DNA of 64,000 bases from Antedon mediterranea (Eukaryota; Animalia; Echinodermata), in assembly GCF_964355755.1 (NCBI RefSeq), contig NC_092671.1, positions 11,780,001 to 11,844,000 on the forward strand, read 5' to 3'. The notes beneath the pieces were generated by a model. The model was not told where the DNA came from. It did not search any database and worked only from the letters and a program-made list of their open reading frames with translations. A program made the translations under genes and the position numbers. Shown in pieces: positions 1 through 12,458 of the stretch (position 1 is its first letter; each line of letters opens with the position of its first letter).

Positions 1-831
1 TATTCAATGTGATGAGCTATGACGAAATATACAAAAATCCTAAATTTTATATTCGCGTGGCCATACGATGACGTCACAATGTCCGGTTAGCCATATTAAT
101 ACCTGATCCGATATCTACAACTCATCTACTTCCAGAATATGTCATCCACAAAAAGTTGACCGTCTAGTTTAGAAATTACGACTGTTTAAAAAAAGGCATA
201 TTTTAAACGAATTTATTAACCTTTTCATAAAAAACGCGCGCAAATTGTCCAATTCGACGTGCTCGTATGACGTATCTTTAAGTCGAAATTTTGTTAAAAT
301 TTGGTAAAATTACTAGAAAAGGCTGGAAAAACATAAATTACGCGAAAAAAATACGTTTTCAATGCTACGTGCGCACCGCACACGTAAAAATGTGCGCACG
401 CGTGGGAATTTTTGACATGCTTAAAACGACATGAAACGCGTAGAAAGTTGATTAGAAATTAATTTTGCGCATTTTGAAATTTTAAATGCGCGTGCGCGCG
501 TAACTTTGTGTAAAACACGGAATTTTTTTTCAACAGAAAGTTAGCGCATGATATAAATTAAACTTTTGCAAAGTTTCAAGTTGAAATGTTATTTGGTTGT
601 CGAGCTATGTTAAATACGACAAAATCGTTAAATCGCGCGTAAGTCACGTTGCGCAATTGTAAACGTCATGAAAAGCTTCGCTTGACGACGTTACGTAAAT
701 GTCAATATGTTAAGATAGTTACCGAAATGTTATGTTTGCGAGTTTTAGAGAAAAGCGTTACACAAAAATCATACAGAATGATTTCGTACAATCACAAGAG
801 GTTATCCTGCAACTTCGTTGCGGATAACCAA

Positions 832-873
832 CTAGACATGTAACTCGTCACTTTGACGAGTTTGGTTATCCGC
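832..873 (-). other. 3' terminus of the element: CTAG end, 9-bp stem-loop and subterminal inverted repeat
   Basis: + strand: CTAG at 832-835; AACTCGTCA-ctt-TGACGAGTT hairpin at 842-862; TTGGTTATCCGC at 862-873 is the reverse complement of the element's other end (GCGGATAACCAA). A hairpin a few nt before CTAG/CTRR is the established Helitron 3' signature. Confidence 0.88.
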
Positions 874-2374
874 AGCGCAAGTGGTGCAACATTAACATTA
901 AGGGGATAGGTTGAGGACAAAAGGAAGTGTTCACGTTGGCATTATGACCTGAACTGAAGAATATGATATGTTGTTATTGCTGAATTTTGTTATTTAAATT
1001 CATATATAGTATACACAGTATAATCTGTATCCATATCACATACAGTGTAGAATAGGTGAAATTACGGGACCCGCTATTTATTGCAATTTTTAACATGTTG
1101 ACGGTTTTAAAATGAAACGCGAAGGTAGCAATTCCGAAAGGAAATTATCTCAGCAACAACGTATTAGCGTGTAGAAGAAATTTGAATACGTGAAATATTG
1201 ATGTGCGCTCTTTTAAATGTAATGAATTATGACGCAAAAGATGAAAATACGACCTTTTTTATTTAACTGGCCATATGATGACGTCACAACATCCGATTGG
1301 CAACATTTTAACATAATTTCGTATCTACAATCCAATAGCTTCCAGAAAAAGTTTTAATCGTGATTATCACATTTTATTCTTACGAGCTATAACAGATTAA
1401 AATTTACTGTAAAGATGAAATTGATGCCACACGTGATTTCAATTTTTAGGCATGATGACGTCATAAAAATTAAAATATTTTTCACTCATGTGAAAGATAG
1501 TTGATTGACCTAGACAATATCAAAATCGGGGTGAAAATGGAAAACGGATAAGTGGAGATGCGCTCTATTCAATGTGATGAGCTATGACGAAAGATACAAA
1601 AATCCTAAATTTTATATTCGCGTGGCCATACGATGACGTCACAATGTCCGGTTAGCCATATTAATACCTGATCCGATATCTACAACTCATCTACTTCCAG
1701 AATATGCCATCCACAAAAAGTTGACCTTCTAGTTTAGAAATTACGACTGTTTAAAAAAAGGCATATTTTAAACGAATTTTTTAACCTTTTCATAAAAAAC
1801 GCGCGCAAATTGTACAATTCGACGTGCTCGTATGACGTATCCTTAAGTCGAAATTGTTAAAAATTTGGTAAAATTACATGAAAAGGCTGGAAAAACATAA
1901 ATCACGCGAAAAAAATACGTTTTCAATGCTACGTGCGCACCGCACACGTAAAAATGTGCGCAAGCGTGGGAATTTTTGACATGCTTAAAACGACATGAAA
2001 CACGTAGAAAGTTGATTATAAATTAATTTCGCGCATTTTGAAATTTTAAATGCGCGTGCGCGCGTAACTTTGTGTAAAACACGCAATTTTTTTTCAACAG
2101 AAAGTTAGCGCATGATATAAATTAAACTTTTGCAAAGTTTCACTTTAAAATGTTATTTGGTTTTTGACATATGTTAAATACGAGAAAATCGTTAAATCGC
2201 GCGTACGTCACGTTGCGCAATTGTAAACATCATGAAAAGCTTCGCTTGACGACGTTACATAAATGTCAAAATGTTAACATAGTTAACAAAATGTTATGTT
2301 TGCAAGTTTCAGAGAAAAGCGTTACACAAAAATCATACAGAAAGAAAGAAGAAAAATAAAAAGTTGATGTTGAT

Positions 2375-2426
2375 GATTTCGTACAATCACAAGAGGTTAT
2401 CCTGCAACTTCGTTGCGGATAACCAA
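2375..2426 (-). other. 5' terminal cap (type A, ~52 bp) with hairpin
   Basis: GATTTCGTACAATCACAAGAGGTTATCCTGCAACTTCGTTGCGGATAACCAA; stem GGTTATCC-(T)-GCAAC / loop TTC / GTTGC-GGATAACC. Near-invariant in ~30 copies across the window. Confidence 0.85.
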
Positions 2427-2430
2427 AAAG

Positions 2431-2431
2431 T

Positions 2432-2462
<31 letters not shown>
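2431..2462 (+). repeat. (GAT)n microsatellite in the linker next to the 5' cap
   Basis: About 10 GAT copies; variable-length copies precede most type A caps (e.g. ~9135, ~30420, ~41266, ~58862). Confidence 0.9.
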
Positions 2463-2464
<2 letters not shown>

Positions 2465-4039
2465 CGTACAATCACAAGAGGTTATCCTGCAACTTCGTTG
2501 CGGATAACCAACTAGACATGTAACTCGTCACTTTGACGAGTTTGGTTATCCGCCGCGCAAGTGGTGCAACATTAACATTAAGGGGATAGGTTGAGGACAA
2601 AAGGAAGTGTTCACGTTGGCATTATGATCTGAACTGAAGAATATGATATGTTGCTGAATTTTATTATTTAAATTCATATATAGTATACACAGTATAATCT
2701 GTATCCATATCACATACAGTGACATACATAGAATAGGTGAAATTACGGGACCCGCTATTTATTGCAATTTTTAACGTGTTGACGGTTTTAAAATGAAACG
2801 CGAAGTTAGCAATTCCGAAAGGAAATTATCTCAGCAACAACGTATTAGCATGTAGAAGAAATTTGAATACGTGAAATATTGATGCGCGCTCGTTTAAATG
2901 TAATGAATTATGACGCAAAAGATGAAAATACGACCTTTTTTATATAACTGGCCATATGATGACGTCACAACATCCGATTGGCAACATTTTTACATAATTT
3001 CGTATCTAAAATTCAATAGCTTCCAGAAAAAGTTTTAATCGTGATTATCACATTTTATTCTTACGAGCTATAACAGATTAAAATTTACTGTAAAGATGAA
3101 ATTAATGCCACACGTGATTTAAATTTTTAGGCATGATGACGTCAAAAAAATTAAAATATTTTTAACTCATGCGAAAGATAGTTGATTGACCTAGACAATA
3201 TCAAAATCGGGGTGAAAATGGAAAACGAATAAGTGGAGAGGCGCTCTATTCAATGTGATGACCTATGACGAAAGATACAAAAATCCTAAATTTTATATTC
3301 GTGTGGCCATACGATGACGTCACAATGTCCGGTTAGCCATATTAATACCTGATCCGATATCTACAACTCATCAACTTCCAGAATATGTCATCCACAAAAA
3401 GTTGACCGTGTAGTTTAGAAATTACGACTGTTTAAAAAAAGGCATATTTTTAACGGAATTTTGAACTTTTTCATCAAAAACACGCGCAAATTGTCCAATT
3501 CGACGTGCTCGTATGACGTAACTTTAAGTCGAAATTGTTTAAAATTTGATAAAATTACTAGAAAAGGCTGGAAAAACATAAATCACGCGAAAAAAATATG
3601 TTTTCAATGCTACGTGCGCACCGCACACGTAAAAATTTGCGCACGCGTGGGAATTTTTTACATGCTTAAAACGACATGAAACGCGTAGAAAGTTGATTAG
3701 AAATTAATTTTGCGCATTTTGAAATTTTAAATGCGCGTGCGCGCGTAACTTTGTGTAAAACACGCAATTTTTTTTCAACATAAAGTTAGCGCATGATATA
3801 AATTAAACTTTTGGAAAGTTTCAATTTGAAATTTTTATTTGGTTTTCGACCTATGTTAAATACGAGGAAATCGTTAAATCACGCGTAAGTCACGTTGCGC
3901 AATTGTAAACGTCATGAAAAGCTTCGCAGCACATCTTCATGTGCATGACGATATGTTGAGAAAGTTACAAAATGTTATGTTTACAAGTTTTAGAGAAAAG
4001 CGTTCCACAAAAATCATACAGAAAGAAAGAAGATCAAGA

Positions 4040-4603
4040 CTAGACATGTAACTCGTCACTTTGACGAGTTTGGTTATCCGCCGCGCAAGTGGTGCAACAT
4101 TAACATTAAGGGGATAGGTTGAGGACAAAAGGAAGTGTTCACGTTGGCATTATGACCTGAACTGAAGAATATGATATGTTGTTATTGCTGAATTTTATTA
4201 TTTAAATTCATATATAGTATACACAGTATAATCTGTATCCATATCACATACAGTGTAGAATAGGTGAAATTAATTTTGCGCATTTTGAAATTTTAAATGC
4301 GCGTGCGCGCGTAACTTTGTGTAAAACACGCAATTTTTTTTCAACATAAAGTTAGCGCATGATATAAATTAAACTTTTGCGAAGTTTCAAGTTGAAATGT
4401 TATTTGGTTTTCAACATATGTTAAATACGAGAAAAACGTTAAATCGCGCGTACGTCACGTTGCGCAATTGCAAACATCATGAAAAGCTTCGCTTGACGAC
4501 GTTACGTAAATGTCAATATGTTAAGATAGTTACCGAAATGTTATGTTTGCGAGTTTTAGAGAAAAGCGTTACACAAAAATCATACAGAAAGAAAGAAGAA
4601 AAA
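4040..4603 (-). mobile_element. Internally deleted element copy (~960 bp missing)
   Basis: GAATAGGTGAAATTA is joined directly to ATTTTGCGCATTTTG at 4266-4272 through a shared GAAATTA. Confidence 0.85.
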
Positions 4604-7600
4604 CTAGACATGTAACTCGTCACTTTGACGAGTTTGGTTATCCGCCGCGCAAGTGGTGCAACATTAACATTAAGGGGATAGGTTGAGGACAAAAGGAAGT
4701 GTTCACGTTGGCATTATGACCTGAACTGAAGAATATGATATGTTGTTATTGCTGAATTTTTTTGTTTAAATTCATATATAGTTTACACAGTATAATCTGT
4801 ATCCATATCACATACAGTGTAGAATAGGTGAAATTACGGGACCCGCTATTTATTGCAATTTTTAACATGTTGACGGTTTTAAAATGAAACGCGAAGGTAG
4901 CAATTCCGAAAGGAAATTATCTCAGCAACAACGTATTAGCGTGTAAAAGAAATTTGAATACGTGAAATATTGATGCGCGCTCTTTTAAATGTAATGAATT
5001 ATGACGCAAAAGATGAAAATACGACCTTTTTTATTTAACTGGCCATATGATGACGTCACAACATCCGATTGGCAACATTTTAACATAATTTCGTATCTAC
5101 AATCCAATAGCTTCCAGAAAAAGTTTTAATCGTGATTATCACATTTTATTCTTACGAGCTATAACAGATTGAAATTTACTGTAAAGATGAAATTGATGCC
5201 ACACGTGATTTAAATTTTTAGGCATGACGACGTCAAAAAAATTAAAATATTTTTAACTCATGCGAAAGATAATTGATTGACCTAGACAATATCAAAATCG
5301 GGGTGAAAATGGAAAACGGATAAGTGGAGATGCGCTCTATTCAATGTGATGAGCTATGACGAAAGATACAAAAATCCTAAATTTTATATTCGCGTGGCCA
5401 TACGATGACGTCACAATGTCCGGTTAGCCATATTAATACCTGATCCGACATCTACAACTCATCTACTTCCAGAATATGTCATCCACAAAAAGTTGACCGT
5501 CTAGTTTAGAAATTACGACTGTTTAAAAAAAGGCATATTTTAAACGAATTTTTTAACCTTTTCATAAAAAACGCGCGCAAATTGTCCAATTCGACGTGCT
5601 CGTATGACGTATCTTTAAGTCGAAATTGTTTAAAATTTGGTAAAATTACTAGAAAAAGCTGGAAAAACATAAATCACGCGAAAAAAATACGTTTTCAATG
5701 CTACGTGCGCACCGCACACGTAAAAATGTGCGCACGCGTGGGAATTTTTGACATGCTTAAAACGACATAAAACACGTAGAAAGTTGATTATAAATTAATT
5801 TTGCGCATTTTGAAATTTTAAATGCGCGTGCGCGCGTAACTTTGTGTAAAACACGCAATTTTTTTTCAACAGAAAGTTAGCGCATGATATAAATTAAACT
5901 TTTGCAAAGTTTCACTTTAAAATGTTATTTGGTTTTCGACATATGTTAAATACGAGAAAATCGTTAAATCGCGCGTACGTCACGTTGCGCAATTGTAAAC
6001 ATCATGAAAAGCTTCGCTTGACGACGTTACATAAATGTCAAAATGTTAACATAGTTCACAAAATGTTATGTTTGCAAGTTTTAGAGAAAAGCGTGCCACA
6101 AAAATCATACAGAAAGAAAGAAGAGAAATAAAAAGTTGACTAGACACGAACTGAAGAATATGATCTGTTGTTATTGCTGAATTTTATTATTTAAATTCAT
6201 ATATAGTATACACAGTATAATCTGTATCCATATCACATACAGTGTAGAATAGGTGAAATTACGGGACCCGCTATTTATTGCAATTTTTAACATGTTGATG
6301 GTTTTAAAATGAAACGCGAAGTTAGCAATTCCGAAAGCAAATTATCTCAGCAACAACGTATTAGCGTGTAGAAGAAATTTGAATACGTTAAATATTGATG
6401 CGCGCTCTTTTAAATGTAATGAATTATGACGAAAAAGATGAAAATACGACCTTTTTTATTTAACTGGCCATATGATGACGTCACAACATCCGATTGGCAA
6501 CATTTTTACATAATTTCATATCTACAATCCAATAGCTTCCAGAAAAAGTTTTAATCGTGATTATCACATTTTATTCTTACGAGCTATAACAGATTAAAAT
6601 TTACTGTAAAGATGAAATTGATGCCACACGTGATTTAAATTTTTAGGCATGATGACGTCAAAAAAATTAAAATATTTTTAACTCATGCGAAAGATAGTTG
6701 ATTGACCTAGACAATATCAAAATCGGGGTGAAAATGGAAAACGGATAAGTGGAGATGCGCTCTATTCAATGTGATGAGCTATGACGAAAGATACAAAAAT
6801 ACTAAATTTTATATTCGCGTGGCCATACGATGACGTCACAATGTCCGGTTAGCCATATTAATACCTGATCCGATATCTAAAACTCATCTACTTCCAGAAT
6901 ATGTCATCCACAAAAATTTGACCGTCTAGTTTAGAAATTACGACTGTTTAAAAAAAGGCATATTTTAAACGAATTTTTTAACCTTTTCATAAAAAACGCG
7001 CGCAAATTGTCCAATTCGACGTGCTCGTATGACGTATCTTTAAGTCGAAATTGTTTAAAATTTGGTAAAATTACTAGAAAAGGCTGGAAAAACATAAATC
7101 ACGCGAAAAAAATACGTTTTCAATGCTACGTGCGCACCGCACACGTAGAAATGTGCGCACGCGTGGGAATTTTTGACATGCTTAAAACGACATGAAACGC
7201 GTAGAAAGTTAATTATAAATTAATTTTGCGCATTTTGAAATTTTAAATGTGCGTGCGCGCGTAACTTTGTGTAAAACACGCAATTTTTTTTCAACAGAAA
7301 TTTAGCGCATGATATAAATTAAACTTTTGCAAAGTTTCACTTTAAAATGTTATTTGGTTTTCGACATATGTTAAATACGATAAAATCGTTAAATCGCGCG
7401 TACGTCACGTTGCGCAATTGTAAACATCATGAAAAGCTTCGCTTGACGACGTTACATAAATGTCAAAATGTTGACATAGTTAACAAAATGTTATGTTTGC
7501 GAGTTTTAGAGAAAAGCGTTACACAAAAATCATACAGAAAGAAAGAAGAAGAATAACTAGACATGTAACTCGTCACTTTGACGAGTTTGGTTATCCGCCG

Positions 7601-10600
7601 CGCAAGTGGTGCAACATTAACATTAAGGGGATAGGTTGAGGACAAAAGGAAGTGTTCACGTTGGCATTATGACCTGAACTGAAGAATATGATATGTTGTT
7701 ATTGCTGAATTTTATTATTTAAATTCATATATAGTATACACAGTATAATCTGTATCCATATCACATACAGTGACATACATAGAATAAGTGAAATTACGGG
7801 ACCCGCTATTTATTGCAATTTTTAACATGTTGACGGTTTTAAAATGAAACGCGAAGGTAGCAATTCCGAAAGGAAATTATCTCAGCAACAACGTATTAGC
7901 GTGTAGAAGAAATTTGAATACGTGAAATATTGATGCGCGCTCGTTTAAATGTAATGAATTATGACGCAAAAGATGAAAATACGACCTTTTTTTATTTAAC
8001 TGGCCATATGATGACGTCACAACATCCGATTGGCAACATTTTTACATAATTTCGTATCTACAATCCAATAGCTTCCAGAAAAAGTTTTAATCGTGATTAT
8101 CAAATTTTATTCTTACGAGCTATAACAGATTAAAATTTACTGTAAAGATGAAATTGATGCCACACGTGATTTAAATTTTTAGGCATGATGACGTCAAAAA
8201 AATTAAAATATTTTTAACTCATGCGAAAGATAGTTGATTGACCTAGACAATATCAAAATCTGGGTGAAAATGGAAAACGAATAAGTGGAGATGCGCTCTA
8301 TTCAATGTGATGAGCTATGACGAAAGATACAAAAATCCTAAATTTTATATTCGCGTGGCCATACGATGATGTCACAATGTCCGGTTAGCCATATTAATAC
8401 CTGATCCAATATCTACAACTCATCTACTTCCAGAATATCTCATCCACAAAAAGTTGACCGTCTAGTTTAGAAATTACGACTGTTTTAAAAAAGGCATATT
8501 TTAAACGAATTTATTAACCTTTTCATAAAAAACGCGCGCAAATTGTCCAATTCGACGTGCTCGTATGACGTATCTTTAAGTCGAAATTGTTTAAAATTTG
8601 GTAAAATTACTAGAAAAGGCTGGAAAAACATAAATCACGCGAAAAAAATACGTTTTCAATGCTACGTGCGCACCGCACACGTAAAAATGTGCGCACGCGT
8701 GGGAATTTTTTACATGCTTAAAACGACATGAAACGCGTAGAAAGTTGATTAGAAATTAATTTTGCGCATTTTGAAATTTTAAATGCGCGTGCGCGCGTAA
8801 CTTTGTGTAAAACACGCAATTTTTTTTCAATAGAAAGTTAGCGCATGATATAAATTAAACTTTTGCAAAGTTTCAAGTTGAAATGTTATTTGGTTGTCGA
8901 GCTATGTTAAATACGACAAAATCGTTAAATCGCGCGTAAGTCACGTTGCGCAATTGTAAACGTCATGAAAAGCTTCGCTTGACGACGTTACGTAAATGTC
9001 AATATGTTAAGATAGTTACCGAAATGTTATGTTTGCGAGTTTTAGAGAAAAGCGTTACACAAAAATCATACAGAATGATTTCGTACAATCACAAGAGGTT
9101 ATCCTGCAACTTCGTTGCGGATAACCAAAAAAGTTGATGATGATGATGATGATGATGATTTCGTACAATCACAAGAGGTTATCCTGCAACTTCGTTGCGG
9201 ATAACCAATAAAAAGTTGATGTTGATGATTTCGTACAATCACAAGAGGTTATCCTGCAACTTCGTTGCGGATAACCAACTAGACATGTAACTCGTCACTT
9301 TGACGAGTTTGGTTATCCGCCGCGCCGCGCAAGTGGTGCAACATTAACATTAAGGGGATAGGTAGAGGACAAAAGGAAGTGTTCACGTTGGCATTATGAC
9401 CTGAACTGAAGAATATGATATGTTGTTATTGCTGAATTTTATTATTTAAATCCATATATAGTATACACAGTATAATCTGTATCCATATCACATACAGTGT
9501 AGAATAGGTGAAATTACGGGACCCGCTATTTATTGCAATTTTTAACATGTTGACGGTTTTAAAATGAAACGCGAAGGTAGTAATTCCGAAAGCAAATTAT
9601 CTCAGCAACAACGTATTAACGTGTAGAAGAAATTTGAATACGTGAAATATTGATGCGCGCTCTTTTAAATGTAATGAATTATGACGCAAAAGATGAAAAT
9701 ACGACCTTTTTTATTTAACTGGCCATATGATGACGTCACAACATCCGATTGGCAACATTTTTACATAATTTCGTATCTACAATCCAATAGCTTCCAGAAA
9801 AAGTTTTAATCGTGATTATCACATTTTATTCTTACGAGCTATAACAGATTAAAATTTACTGTAAAGATGAAATTACTGCCACACGTGATTTTAATTTTTA
9901 GGCATGATGACGTCAAAAAAATTAAAATATTTTTAACTCATGCGAAAGATAGTTGATTGACCTAGACAATGTCAAAATCGGGGTAAAAATGGAAAACGTA
10001 TAAGTGGAGATGCGCTCTATTCAATGTGATGAGCTATGACGAAAGATACAAAAATCCTAAATTTTATATTCGCGTGGCCATACGATGACGTCAAAATGTC
10101 CGGTTAGCCATATTAATACCTGATACGATATCTACAACTCATCTACTTCCAGAATATCCCATCCACAAAAAGTTGACCTTCTAGTTTAGAAATTACGACT
10201 GTTTAAAAAAAGGCATATTTTAAACGAATTTTTTAACATTTTCATAAAAAACGCGCGCAAATTGTCCAATTCGACGTGCTCGTATGACGTATCTTTAAGT
10301 CGAAATTGTTTAAAATTTGGTAAAATTACTAGAAAAAGCTGGAAAAACATAAATCACGCGAAAAAAAATCGTTTTCCGTGCTACGTGCGCACCGCACACG
10401 TAAAAATGTGCGCACGCGTGGGAATTTTTGACATGCTTTAAACGACATGAAACGCGTAGAAAGTTGATTATAAATTAATTTTGCGCATTTTGAAATTTTA
10501 AATGCGCGTGCGCGCGTAACTTTGTGTAAAACACGCAATTTTTTTTCAACAGAAAGTTAGCGCATGATATAAATTAAACTTTTGCAAAGTTTCACTTTAA

Positions 10601-10937
10601 AATGTTATTTGGTTTTCGACATATGTTAAATACGAGAAAATCGTTAAATCGCGCGTACGTCACGTTGCGCAATTGTAAACATCATGAAAAGCTTCGCTTG
10701 ACGACGTTACATAAATGTCAAAATGTTAACATAGGTAACAAAATGTTATGTTTGCAAGTTTTAGAGAAAAGCGTTACACAAAAATCATACAGAAAGAAAG
10801 AAGAAAAATAAAAAGTTGATGTTGATGATTTCGTACAATCACAAGAGGTTATCCTGCAACTTCGTTGCGGATAACCAATGATGATGATTTCGTACAATCA
10901 CAAGAGGTTATCCTGCAACTTCGTTGCGGATAACCAA

Positions 10938-12458
10938 CTAGACATGTAACTCGTCACTTTGACGAGTTAGTTATCCGCACGACAAACGCCACGTGCACGT
11001 CATACGTTGGAATATTCCACACAGAAAAAGATTATGGCATTATGACCTGAACTGATGAATATGATAATAGTTGTTAGTGCTGAATTCTGTCAATTTTGAG
11101 TCATATAGTATATAGTACAAACAGTATAATCTGTATATATATTATATACAGTGTAGAATAGGTGAAATTACGGGACCCGCCATTTATTTCAATTTTTAAC
11201 ATGGAGACGGTATCAAAATGAAACACTAAGGTAGCAATTTCGGAAGGAAATTATCTCGGCAACAACATATTATTGTGTAGAAGAAATTAAAATACGTAAA
11301 ATATTGATGCGCGCTCTTTTAAATGTAATGAATTATGACGCAAAAGATGAAAATACGACTTTTTTTATTTAACTGGCCATATGATGACGTCACAACATCC
11401 GATTGGCAAAATTTTCACATGATTTCCTATCTGCAATCAAATAGCTTCTAGAAAACGTTTTAATCGTGATTATCAGATTTTATTCTTACGAGCTATAACA
11501 GATTAAAATTTACTGTAAAGATGAAATTAATGCCACACGTAATTTAAATTTTTAGGCATGATGACGTGACAAAAATTTAAAAAAATTTAATTCATGTGAA
11601 AGATAGTTGATTGACCTACACAATGTTAAAATCGGGGTGAAAATGGAAAACGAATAAGTGGAGAAGCGCTCTATTAAATGTGATGAGCTATGAAGAAAGA
11701 TACAAAAATCCTAAATTGTATATTCGCGTGGCCACACGATGACGTCACAATGTCCGGTTAGCCATATTAATACATGATCCGATATCTACAACTCATCAAC
11801 TTCCAGAAAATGTCATCCACAAAAAGTTGACCGTGCAGTTTAGAAATTACGACTGTTTAAAAAAAGGCATAATTTTGACGAATTTTTGAACTTTTCCATC
11901 AAAAACGCGCGCAAATTGTCCAATTCGACGTGCTCGTATGACGTAACTTTAAGTCGAAATTGTTTAAAAGTTGGTAAAATTACTAGAAAAGGCTGGAAAA
12001 CATAAATCACGCGAAAAAATTATGTTTTCAACGCTACGTGCGCACCGCACACGTTAAAATTTGCGCACGCGTGGGAATTTTTGACATGCTTAAAATGACA
12101 TGAAACGCGTAAAAAGTTGATTATAAATTAATTTTGCGCAATTTGAAATTTTAAATGCGCGTGCGCGCGTAACTTTATGTAAAACACGCAATTTTTTTTC
12201 AACAGAAAGTTAGCACATGATATAAATTAAACTTTTGAAAAGTTTCAATTTAAAATGTTATTTGGTTTTTGACCTATGTTAAATACGAGAAAATCGTTAA
12301 ATCGCGCGTAAGTCACGTTGCGCAATTGTAAACATCCTGAAAAGGTTCGCTGCACAACTTCATATGAATGAAGATATGTTGAGAAAGTTACGAAATGTTA
12401 TGTTTGCAAGTTTTACAGATACGGGTGACACAAAATTTACAGAAAGAAAGAAGATAAA
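10938..12458 (-). mobile_element. Element body, divergent AGTT-subTIR subfamily, no adjacent 5' cap
   Basis: Starts CTAG...GACGAGTTAGTTATCCGCACGACAAACGCC; ends GAAGATAAA directly before the next CTAG. Confidence 0.8.

Larger units (their letters stand above)
832..2426 (-). mobile_element. Intact non-autonomous Helitron/Helentron-like element, major subfamily (representative copy)
   Basis: Minus strand reads 5'-TTGGTTATCCGCAACGAAGTTGCAGGATAACC...(ATC)n/T-rich linker...body...GCGGATAACCAAACTCGTCAAAGTGACGAGTTACATGTCTAG-3'. It has a 5' hairpin, 12-bp inverted subterminal repeats, a 3' stem-loop, a CTAG end, no target-site duplication and no long ORF. Confidence 0.85.

Noticed and set aside
2335-2352. 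Canonical Helitron 5'-TC start at TCTTCTTTCTTTCTG (minus strand)
   Set aside because: Cap-less bodies end at variable positions beyond this point and the covarying inverted repeat lies in the cap, so the true 5' end is TTGGTTATCC.
2266-2475. Poly-His ORF on the minus strand
   Set aside because: Translation of the (ATC)n microsatellite.
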